A DNA stretch of 38,910 nucleotides from NCBI GenBank assembly GCA_036172245.1, contig JAYWIR010000182.1, positions 1 to 38,910 of the forward strand. The letters run 5' to 3'. The position numbers were made by a program, and so were the translations under genes. This DNA comes from Raillietiella orientalis. Lineage: Eukaryota. This document shows, one piece after another, positions 1 through 9,785 of this stretch. Each line of letters starts with the position of its first letter. The stretch's first letter is position 1. The notes beneath the pieces were generated by a model. The model saw only the letters and a program-made list of their open reading frames with translations. It searched no databases and was not told where the DNA came from.

Positions 1-105
1 TGCGTTCCGGTGTTACGACAGGTCCTGTGTTTACGGCCGTGGTGGGGCCTTGTACCACGCATGTAAAGTTTAATAATAAACGCCCCGGGCGTACCCGGGT
101 GATAA
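1..105 (+). mobile_element. 3' UTR/terminus of a LINE copy whose body lies left of the window
   Basis: 1-105 aligns by eye with the 3' UTR of copy E (15228-15332: gacaggtcctgtgtttacggccgtg..gtaccacg..aataaacgccccgggc) and copy D (9562-9675). AATAAA at 75-80, hairpin at 84-99. Confidence 0.85.
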
Positions 106-790
106 CGCCGAATCCCCGGGGCAGACGTTGCACAAGGAACTGTTCGCAGAACTCTCGGTCCGAGTTCTTAAATAGGTCCCAATCCGCGAGACTCTGGAGG
201 CTGACGCCTCGCAGGAATTCGCGAAGATGTTCTTTCGTTCCTGACAGGCGCGTCCAGTCGCCTGGCATACACCAATCCCTGGATGGCGGTCGCTTGTCGC
301 GCGGGCGCATCTCGAAAACTAACCGGGAATGGTCCGACAGCGTCGATCCAAGTGTCCCTCGTTTTCCGACCCGTGGGCACAGGTCTTCGTCGAGGAAGAC
401 GTGGTCCACGCTGCTGACCATCCCGCTTATTTCTGTCAACAAGTTGCGCGCGCGCATGGCGGCGCTCAACTCGTTGATCGCGTTGCCCTGTGCTCCGGGC
501 TGATCTGAGAGCAGACGGACGTTGAAATCCCCTGCTATCAGATGCGCCTTTCGCACGTCCGCGTCCACCAGCCATTCGCGCTTCAAGGTTTCCAGTAACG
601 CGTTGCGCTGCTGGTATCCCTGTTTACCGCTAGGAGCGTACACATTGGTGACGATGAGGTCGATCGAATCGGACCATCTGAGAATCAGTTGGCCGATCCG
701 TCCGTCGTCCCCAAAGCGCACGCCGTTCACGGCCGCGTTAATGGCTGGCTTTAGGAAGAACGCGACCCAACAAGTGTTGCGGATGCAGCA
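106..790 (-). pseudogene. Copy A: APE endonuclease fragment with no RT, fused tail-to-tail to a + strand 3' end
   Basis: Hand translation of the minus strand (not in the ORF track): RNTCWVAFFLKPAINAAVNGVRFGDDGRIGQLILRWSDSIDLIVTNVYAPSG...AHLIAGDFNV...VDHVFL...LSDHSRL...QRLPRGFGV. APE motifs NVYAP, GDFN and SDH are present; it is closest to the copy E endonuclease. Confidence 0.9.
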
Positions 791-796
791 AAGTGC

Positions 797-3700
797 ATAC
801 CACGAATGCAGCAAAGTGCTGCCAGAGCTGCGGCTGGACTGAGAGCGTCCCGCACGAAGACAAGACTGAAGATACATTCAACATTGCCACCATCCGGTAT
901 CCGGAGGGCCGTTTTCAGACGATCTTAAAGAATCCGGACGGCAGGGCATTCAAGTAAGAGGTTAGAGAGCTACTCCCGCTCCCCACACCTGGCACACGCA
1001 GGATTTACTCTTCCCCGCGTCCAGTGGAAGCGGCGCGCGTTGCAGGGTAGACCCCAATGCAGCCACAGAAGCGCCGATTGTTGCCACTTCAGGGGGAGAA
1101 TCCTGGATCCAAGTAGAACCGGGGGCCACTTCAGGTCATCCAATCGAATGCCGAGCAGCTCGCCCCATCTTCTTAATCCACGCGGCTGGAGACTTGGGGT
1201 CGTTGCATCTGTCAACTCTCCCATGGTCCAGCCGCTCATCATCTTCTCTCTGCCTGCGATACGGCAGAGACTTGCCACCTTGGCTTCCGGCTTGCGTGAA
1301 GCGCCCTTTAAAGGAAGGGCATCGCCGTAACAAGAAGTGCGCCTTCCGCTTACGTGCAACTCGGTGGAAATTCAAGAATTTCACGGAGAGTGCGGCGGGC
1401 GTATAAGCCGACACGCAGGCAGTTCATCCGGTCTTCGCACCTTTGGTTCCGCTTAGCCCAGGTGCCAGCAGTCTCTTCCAGCCAAGCGGAGGAGTTGGGA
1501 GGGCCACAAACCATCCAGTCGTTCTCCTTTGCCAGGGTTGCCATGCGGTCGAGCATTAGACCGCATCTTCGCATCTTCCGGCCAGGGCACAGGAGAAACG
1601 ATGCGAGTTCTTCGCAGCGAGACACACGCCAGGCCAGGAGTCGGGCCGGAATGCACCAAGCGGTGCTCCACATCTTCGCTGCGATGGCGAGGGTCCGCCA
1701 TCGCAGCTGGATTTCCACGCGCTCCAGCGTCAGGATGCTGAGACCGCCGTCCCCACGCGGAGCGCACAAGTCCTTCAAGCGGACTCGGGCCCTCCCCTTG
1801 CCCCAAAGAGCTATGCGGAGGAGGTCCTTCGTCCGCTTTTTGATCCTCTCTGTGGGAGGGCAAACAAAAAGCAGGGAACGGAGGAGAGAAGCCGCGAACA
1901 TGTTTCAGACCGCGGCCCGTTCAGGCAGGAAAAACCTGAAGCCTCGGAACGGGCCGATAGCCTTCTCTACTTTTTGAAGGCAGCCGGTCCACGCTTCCGC
2001 AGGGGAGTAGTCCCCCAACGGCACACCAAAGTACTTGAAGTACCTCACCGTGGGGATCTTCAAACGGACCCAGTCTTGCTGTCCTGCCCACGCCGAACCA
2101 ACTGGCATCACGTACGACTTCGCCCTGTTCACCGTAAGCCCGGTAACTCGATTCAGCAGGTCGAAGAACTTCTCGATTGCTGAAGCCGGGGTGGACATAG
2201 GGAGCAGTAGCAGGAGGTAATCCGCATATGCTGAAACCGCAGGCGTTCCGACGCATTCATGCGGCAGGTGCGCCAGAGTTTCCCTGAACGCTTTCATTAC
2301 CAACTCAAAGTAGGTACTAAAGAGCAAGGGGCTCAGGCTGTCTGCCTGTCGGATCCCACGTCGCACCGGCACGCCGTGAACAGTATGCCCGCTGAAAGTA
2401 ACATTGATTAGCACATCGCGCCAGCTAGAGCGCAGATAGGCCAATAATGAGGCCGGGAAGCGGAAGCGTTCCAAAAGCTCCAGCAGGCGATTCTGGTCGA
2501 CGCTGTCGAATGCTATACGAAAGTCGACAACGACCGCAAATGCTCCCTCCCCCATCCGACCATCTGTCGCATGACTTACGGACTTACCGGAATTCCCGGT
2601 GCGCATCAAGCCCCTTTCGTGTTGGAGCTCTAGCCAGGTGGAAGCGTGGAACAGGTTCGCCTGCATGCTTCGCCCCGGAACAGCATACGTCTGTTCCGGG
2701 CTGATGAAGGCGTTTGCAACCCGACCCAAACGCTCAGCTTAAACCTTAGCTATCAACTTGGCATCCGCATCCACTATTGTGATGGGATGCCAGTTGTTCA
2801 TGCTCCTCAGATCTCCTCCCTTAGGGAGAAGCCGCTCCTTTGGCGAACGAAACGAGGCGGGAACGTCACCTGTCTCGCGTATCAGCAAGGTGAGTTGATG
2901 TACCAGGGGGGTTAGCTCAGCCGCGAAAGTTTGATAAAACTCCGCGGACAGGCCGTCCTCACCTGGAGCCTTTCGCCTCTTGAGCATTCCGATGGCCGAG
3001 ATGATCTCGCCCATCGTAAAAGACTCGTCGAGGGACTTTTTCTTCTCTTTCAAGATTGCAGGAGCGCCTTCCGGAAGCAGGATTCGTGATAAATCCCGCT
3101 CATGAGGCGTTCTTGCGAACAGGGAGGAGTAAAAACGCCGCAGCAGACCGCGGATCTGAGCGGGTGCCGAATGTTCCTGGCCCTGATCGTCCAGGAAGCT
3201 GGCCGATCCTTACTGCCAGGCTTGTTTCTTGGCTCCCGCTTTGTATTCCGCCAGCCTGCGAATGTCGGGGGTCCTGGCGTAACGGCGAGCCTGCAGATAG
3301 GCTAGTTAGTTTCGTACCCCGTCCCCAGATCCCGCAGGTAGGTGGTGCAGAGGGAACTGGTCGCAGAACTCCTGGACCAACCGTTCAAAGCGGTCCCAAT
3401 CCTGAAGTGTGTGCATCCTAAAGCTCCGTATGAACGTTCGGAGATGTTTCGGCGCGTCCGGGAGCTTCAGCCAGTCCCCTGGCAAACGCCACGCTGACGA
3501 GGGGGGGCCTCTGTCGCGCGGATGGATTTCAATCACGATTGGTCGATGGTCGGACAACTCGCACGGCAACTTGCAGCGCCTGCCCACACGAGTGCACAGG
3601 TGCTCGTTAAAGAACACGTGATCGATGTTGTCCTCGATCCCTGGTACACTGGCCAACAAATTACAAGTGTGCACCGCTGCGCACACCTCGTTGACCAGGT

Positions 3701-4211
3701 CACGCTCGTGATTCGGCCCAACCGGTTTCAGACGGAAGTCAAAATCGCCTGCAACCAGATGGGCATTCCGCACGCCTGCCTCGGTCAACCAGTCGCGATG
3801 GAGGGCAAGGAAAAATTCTTACCTGGCCCTCCTGTTCGTCAGGTCCGCTCCGCTCGGGGCGTAAACGTTCGTAATGATAAGGTCGATCGAGTCGGATCAG
3901 CTGAGAGTCAGCTGGCCGACACGACCGTGATCGTCGAACCGAACTGCACGGGCGGCGGTCTCGATGGCGGGCCGAAGCAGGTAGGCGACACCACAACTTC
4001 TCGATGTTCCACACCGATACCACAGCCACCCTCCGTAGATGCGTTCGATCTCCTGCGCTTGTTCTGCAGAGATCACTTGGATCTCCTGCAGCAGCACAAG
4101 GTCGAACGATCCTAGAATAGCGGCCCTGTCTCGTCTCCTGCCGGCGTTTATCATGCCGTTCACGTTCCAAACGGCGATGCGCACACGACGGCGGGAACAG
4201 ATTCCCGGCAT
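797..4211 (-). pseudogene. Copy B ORF2 (APE-RT-CCHC), disrupted
   Basis: ORF pieces 3897-4211 (WNVNG, LLQE), 3306-3788 (GDFD, IDH, SDH), 2739-3053 (KAPGEDGL, NWHPIT), 1905-2729 (AFDSVD, GIRQADSLSPLLF, YADY at 2217-2228, KYFGVP), 1350-1901 and 970-1359. Several in-frame stops. Confidence 0.92.
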
Positions 4212-5950
4212 TACTGCCGGGAAGATGACGGTGTGGGGGAACCCGCCTCTTCCGAGGCGGGTGAGATGACCATTAGGGTTTCAGCCTCCTCAACCACCTT
4301 GGGTACCTTTCCGGCTTCAACCCCCTCCATCTCCTCCGTGTCTGTGCGTGGTGGTCTCTCGGGTGACGATTCCCGGGATTCTCCCACGCTCATGGCACCC
4401 TCGCAGTCGGAAGTGATCTCCACGCCTTCGACCTGGAAAGGGTCTTTCCGGGGTTTGCTGGACTTCCTTCCAGCCTTCTGGCGGGGTGCCGCGGAGATGA
4501 AAACTTGATTTCCGGCATGCGCTCCGGGGTCGGAAGTTACCGAGTCCTCGGTGGAGTTCGGACGCCTCACTGCCTTTTTGCCAGCCTTAGAGGGGTCTGG
4601 CTGTAACGATGCAGCCAGCTCCTCCGCCGCACGCTCGAAGGCAGCGTCATCGATCACGGACTCGATGACGGACGCTTCCGCCGGTTCGCTCCCCACGCTG
4701 TTGACATTTTCAACAGTGGGTTGCTCGTCGGTAGCAGCGATTTCTACCTTGCGGCGTTCAGCGAGGACGCGTTCCACGACGACGCTGCATTCTTCGAAAT
4801 TCTCGCTAACCAGCTGTTTTTTATTTTGGTAGGCGAGCTTTTTTTCAATTCGTCGTTCTTTCTTCGACTTTTTCTTTTTCGCTGTGGCTTCTTGCCATGC
4901 CGACACCTTATTGCTTTTGTCGATCTTTTCGGCATCCGTTGCCGTGGTGTCGGCTGAAGCCTGGACCACGGGAGTGGGTGGCACAGCTTGAGCAGCAGCC
5001 TTCGCCGCCAGTTTTTTCTGTAGCAGTCGCGCGCGTTTTTTTAGGTTCCTCGCGGAAACCACGCGCACAGCAAATTGTGGACACACTTCCTTCGTGTGGT
5101 CCATTGTCCCGCATACCAGGCACCGTACGTTGGGGCACCTCCTTTTGAGGTGTCCCGATGTGTTGCAGAAGCCACAGTATTTGGACTTCCCCACGTACCA
5201 GAGGTCGACGCTTTACCCTCCGACCACCAGTTTGTGGGGAAGGGTAGAGCCCTCCCGAACGGTTACACGGTCAGCCGTAAGGCCGCACGGAACTGTGGTA
5301 TAGTCCTCGAAAGGACTAGGCATGGTCCATACTGCATGGAACGTGCCTTCTTTTCCCAACGCGGCGCGTAACTGTTCTTTCCGCATCCGCGCGGTAACTC
5401 GTAAAAGGTGGACCACCATACTGTGGTCCGCCGTAACGGGAAGGAGCCTGCGTGTCCCCATTACCACGGGGATTTGAAGCAGACGTTGGGCCAGATCTGC
5501 ATGTTTGCAGATCAGCTCTACGTAGTGCCCCCCGCTACGAATGGTCATAGCGCCGAGCTCCTCTCCTTTAACATCGAGAGCGCGCAACCCCTTCAAAAAG
5601 GCGCAAGCACTGTCAGCAGAATACAAATTTCCTACCTTGTAGAATAGTGATGGGTTATACCCCTCTTCCACGTAGGCAGATAATTCCGCCGCGGCTGCAG
5701 GCGATGGCTCCGACATGACGGCGCTCCACGCCCGCGCTGCAGCGGGGACCGGTTTTGTGGGGACGGACGCCCCCACCTTGTTCGCCACTGAAGGCGACGT
5801 TGCCGCCGCCCCCTGGCACTCCACCTTCTCTAGAGGCGACGTTGCCGCCGCCACCTGGCACTCCATTTCTTCAGGAGGCGACGCTGCCACCGCCCCCTGA
5901 CACGTACTGGTGGTCGTGTCAGGCATTGCTGCCTGATCGACCACCAACAC
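4211..5950 (-). pseudogene. Copy B ORF1 (gag-like, two CCHC zinc knuckles), one in-frame stop
   Basis: ORFs 5213-5950 and 4211-5194 are in the same frame, separated by TAA at 5213-5215. Knuckles CGFCNTSGHLKRRC and CLVCGTMDHTKEVC, followed by a K/E-rich low-complexity tail. Confidence 0.9.
5793..5904. repeat. 42-nt (14-aa) tandem repeat, about 2.7 units, in the ORF1 N-terminus
   Basis: ggcgacg(t/c)tgcc units start at 5793, 5835 and 5877. They encode CQGAVAASPPEEME / CQVAAATSPLEKVE / CQGAAATSP. The same array is at 8101-8212. Confidence 0.9.
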
Positions 5951-6036
5951 ACACGAAGCCTACACCTAGGGACGGTTCCCTGCACGAGGAGCACCGAGGA
6001 AACACGTCCGCTCTAGCCGACGTAAAGCTTGCGATT

Positions 6037-8339
6037 TTCACCCGGATTTCTCCGAGTCGTTTATTAAAAAAATAAACTATGTAAACAAATTATTAATGGC
6101 TGTGGCAATGCTCCAGCGAGAAGCTAAGAACCACGGCGCCTTCCAATTCAACGGTTTCTAGAACGGTACGGTCCACCAAGGCAGCAGGGGAAAGGGAAAA
6201 AACAAAAAAAATAAACAAAAAAAAACAAAGGATGGGAGGGAACGGGAAGGGATCACTGTTGCTCCTGGGGACGCATCATCCCTCTCAGGATGCTGGCAAG
6301 CTCTTGTTTGTTGTGAACATCCTGGAGTAGCCATCGCGACGCCCTCCTCAGGAATTCGGAGGCGCACTGGATGGCTTCCTGATCGCTAGGTCCTCCCGTC
6401 GCCTTGCTCCAGGCGGCGACGATCCCACGAAGGAAGCACAAGGCTGCTATCGAGGACGCTCGCCGCAGGGCGTCAGCAACGAAAAAGGCTTTTAGTGCGT
6501 CCCTGTAGTTGCTGCAAGGGATACCGATGGCCGCGGCAAAGCGGAACCAAAGGGGCCGAAGGGCAACACAATCCACTAGGAGGTGGGGGAGGGACTCCCG
6601 TTCCCCGCACCTCACACAATTTGGATCCACCGCTCCCCATGTCCAGTGGTGACGATGGGCGTTGCAGGGGAGTCCACAGTGTTGCCACAGGAATGCCGAC
6701 TCTTGCAATTTTAGAAGGAGGATGGAAGTGTTCATAAGAATCGGGAGCCACTTCAGATGTTCAATCGGAACACCCAGCAGCGCTCCTCAGCGCAGAAGTC
6801 CATTAGGAGGCGTACTCGGGGACGCAGCATCAGTTAGCTGGCCCGTCTTCCACTCTCTCTGCTTCTTCTCCTTCCCGGAGATTTTTATTGTAACCTCCCA
6901 CTTCGCCGCAACATCGCTGTCCTGATGTTTCACTAGGGAGTCCAGCGCAGCAGCGAAGGGGGTTCTTCCTGACCACGCTCTCTTCTTAGGATCCTCCAGG
7001 ATCTCACGGAGCGTGCAACTTTTGTAACACCCAAACAGGAACCTTCGTTCCTGATGGGAGGGTTGCAAGCCGAGCTGTCTCCACGTGCGAACGGTTTCCT
7101 GCAACCAGGCACTACCGTTCGCGGGGATACAGGTGATCCATCCTTGATTTTTCCTTGCCAGCGCAGCCATCCTCCGTAGCTGAAGCCCACATCGGTTGAT
7201 GCGGCTTCGATGGAGTGCAAGAAACGACGTTAGTTCCGTCTTGCCGGTGGCTTGCTGAAGGAGGAGACGTGCAGGGACGCACCAACAGGTGCATCACAAC
7301 TCCGGCACAATTGCCAAAATTCGGAACTGGAGCTACTGCTCCAGCCGCTCCAATGTCAGGAGGCCGAGACAACCGTCCCGACGCGAAGCGCACAAGTCCT
7401 TCAAGCGGACTCGGGTCCTCCCGTTGTCCTAAAGGGCGATACGGAGGATGTCCTTCGTCCGCTTTTTGATCCTCTCTGTGGGGGGGCAAACAGAAAGCAG
7501 GGAACGGAGGAGAGGAGCCGCGAACATGTTCCATACCGAGGCCCGTTCAGGCAGGAAAATCCTGAAGCCTCGTAACGTGCCGATAGCCGTCTCTACATTT
7601 TGAAGGCAGCCGGACCACGCTTCCGCAGTTGAGTAGTCCCCCAACGGCACACCAAGGTACTCGAAGTACCTCACCGTGAGGATCCCTAAACGGACCCAGT
7701 CCGTCTGCCCTGCCCACGCCGCACCAACTGGCATCACGGACGACTTCGCCCTGTTCACCGTAAGCCCGGTTCCTCGATTCAGCAGGTCGAAGAACTTCTC
7801 GACCGTTGAAGCCGGGGTGGATATAGGGAGCAGTAGCAGGAGGTCGCCCGCATATGCTGAAACAGCAGGCGTTCAGGCGCATTCATGCGGCAGGTGCGCC
7901 AGAGTTTCCCTGTACGCTTTCAGTACCAACTCAAAGTAGGTACTGAAGAGCAAGGGGCTCAGGCTGTCTCCTTGCCGTATCCCACGTCGCACTTGCACGC
8001 CGTGAACAGTATGCCCGCTAAAAGTAACATTGATTAGCGCATCGCGCCAGCTATAGCCGGTTTTGTGGTTGCGGACGCCCCCACCTCCTTCGCCACTGAA
8101 GGCGACGTTGCTGCCGCTTCCTGGCACTCCACCTTCTCTAGAGGCGACGTTGCCGCCGCCACCTGGCACTTCATTTCTTCAGTAGGCGACGTTGCCACCG
8201 CGCCCTGACACGTACTGGTAATCGCGTCAGGCATTGCTTCCTCTTCGACCACCACCACACACGAAGCCTACACCTAGGGACGGTTTCCGGCACGAGGAGC
8301 ACCGAGGAAACACGTCCGCTCTAGTCGACGTAAAGCTTT
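6037..8339 (-). mobile_element. Copy C: internally deleted LINE (5' UTR and ORF1 start fused to the RT C-half, CCHC finger and complete 3' UTR)
   Basis: 8057-8339 matches B 5749-6030, and about 7440-8053 matches B about 1815-2427. YAGD at 7843-7854, finger CVRCGERESLPHLLVDC, ORF2 stop at 6253-6255, U-rich tract at 6197-6229, AATAAA at 6060-6065 (minus strand). Confidence 0.9.
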
Positions 8340-9675
8340 CGACTGCGTCGACCAGGAGCTCCTCTTGGAGCTCCTGGAACGCTTGGGATTTCCATCCGTC
8401 TTGCTGGCCTACCTGCGCTACTGCAGGCGCTTTGCGCTCATCAATATCAATTTTAACGGCCGACACGTGTTCGGCGTGCCGGTTCGTCGTGGCATTCGGC
8501 AGGGTGACACCCTAAGCCCCCTGCTCTTCAGCATCTACTTTGAGTTGGCGCTGAGAGCATACAGGGAGACTTTGGCAACCCTGCCGAGCTCGTGTTCCGG
8601 CACGCTTGCCGTGTCGCCCTATGCCGACGATCTTCTGCTCCTGCTTCCCGGGTCCACCGCGGCATCGGCGCTCCAGGATTTCTTCGAGTTGCTATATCGT
8701 GGGACAGGCGTCCAGGTAAACAGGACGAGGGCGGAAGGCGCACCCCTTGTTACGGCGATGCCCTTCCTCCAAAGGGCGCTTCACGGAAGCCGGAAGCCAA
8801 GGTGGCAAGTCTGCTGCCGTATCGCAGGCAGAGAGAAGATGATGAGCGGCTGGACCATGGGAGAGTTGACAGTTGCAACGACCCCAAGTCTCCAGCCGCG
8901 TGGATTAAGAAGATGGGGCGAGCTGCTCGGCATTCGATTGGATGACCTGAAGTGGCCCCCGGTTCTACTTGGATCCAGGATTCTCCCCCTGAAGTGGCAA
9001 CAATCGGCGCTTCTGTGGCTGCATTGGGGTCTACCCTGCAACGCGCGCCGCTTCCACTGGACGCGGGGAAGAGTAAATCCTGCGTGTGCCAGGTGTGGGG
9101 AGCGGGAGTAGCTCTCTCACCTCTTACTTGAATGCCCTGCCGTCCGGATTCTTTAAGATCGTCTGAAAACGGCCCTCCGGATACCGGATGGTGGCAATGT
9201 TGAATGTATCTTCAGTCTTGTCTTCGTGCGGGACGCTCTCAGTCCAGCCGCAGCCCTGGCAGCACTTTGCTGCATTCGTGGTATCGTGGCGGCCTGGAAT
9301 GATGCCGAAGATGAAGACTGCATCGTGAGGGACGTCATCGAGTATGCTTCGCGCTTCCTGCAGAGAGCTACCCGATAGCCCCATCTAGGAAAGCTGAAAA
9401 TGGAACTAGAAGGCATCCTGCAAAGAATGGGCGCTCCCAGCAGTTTTCTGTGATCCCTTCCCGGCCCTCCAAACTTTTTTTTTGTGGTTTGTTTTTCTAT
9501 TATATTTTATTTTTGTTTTTTCCCCCATCCCCCTCCACTGCCGAGGAGAGCCACACCGGGCTGCGTCTTGGTGTTCCGGCAGTTCCGGCATTCCGTGGCC
9601 GTCAGTGGGGCCTTGTACCACGTTCTGTATTGACCGTTGAAATGTTTTTAAACAACGTCCCGTCGTATCCGGGTG
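8333..9675 (+). mobile_element. Copy D: 5'-truncated, internally deleted LINE with complete 3' end
   Basis: Starts at the RT motif KAFDCVDQ, with GIRQGDTLSPLLF and YADD (8620-8631). It jumps in frame at about 8730 to the C-terminal region and has stops at 9109-9111 and 9154-9156. ORF2-end TGA at about 9451, then a T tract and the terminal motif at 9650-9674. Confidence 0.9.
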
Positions 9676-9699
9676 GCATCGCCGAATCCCTTGGCGAGT

Positions 9700-9712
9700 G
9701 GACGTGTGTTTC
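9700..9712 (+). promoter_or_regulatory. Conserved 5' UTR GGACGTGT motif (candidate internal promoter element)
   Basis: GGACGTGT(GT)TT is seen in E (9700), B (6000-6009, minus), C (8308-8317, minus) and H (20204-20215, minus), with variants in F (gcacgcgttttt) and G (ggaggtgttttt). The function is inferred only. Confidence 0.45.
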
Positions 9713-9785
9713 CTTCGCTCCCGAGTGAGTCGACAGGAAGCGGTTTTTTCTTGTGCTGTTTGGTGTGGAACATCGTTGGTGTCCG

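Larger units (their letters stand above)
797..6036 (-). mobile_element. Copy B: near full-length L1/Tx1-like LINE, 3'-truncated and inactivated
   Basis: Collinear 5' UTR, ORF1 with zinc knuckles, APE, RT and C-terminal CARCGERE finger on the minus strand. Broken at about 797. Confidence 0.93.

Noticed and set aside
5793..5904. CRISPR-like repeat array
   Set aside because: It is an in-frame coding tandem repeat without unique spacers, and there are no cas genes.
6197..6229. A-rich run as a LINE poly(A) tail
   Set aside because: It is on the antisense strand of copy C. It is the internal U tract of the 3' UTR, also seen at 9474-9521, 15148-15183 and 35578-35610.
5749..8339. 5749-6030 and 8057-8339 direct repeats as LTRs
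   Set aside because: They are the 5' UTR and ORF1 starts of two tandem copies. There are no TG..CA ends, PBS, PPT, protease or integrase.
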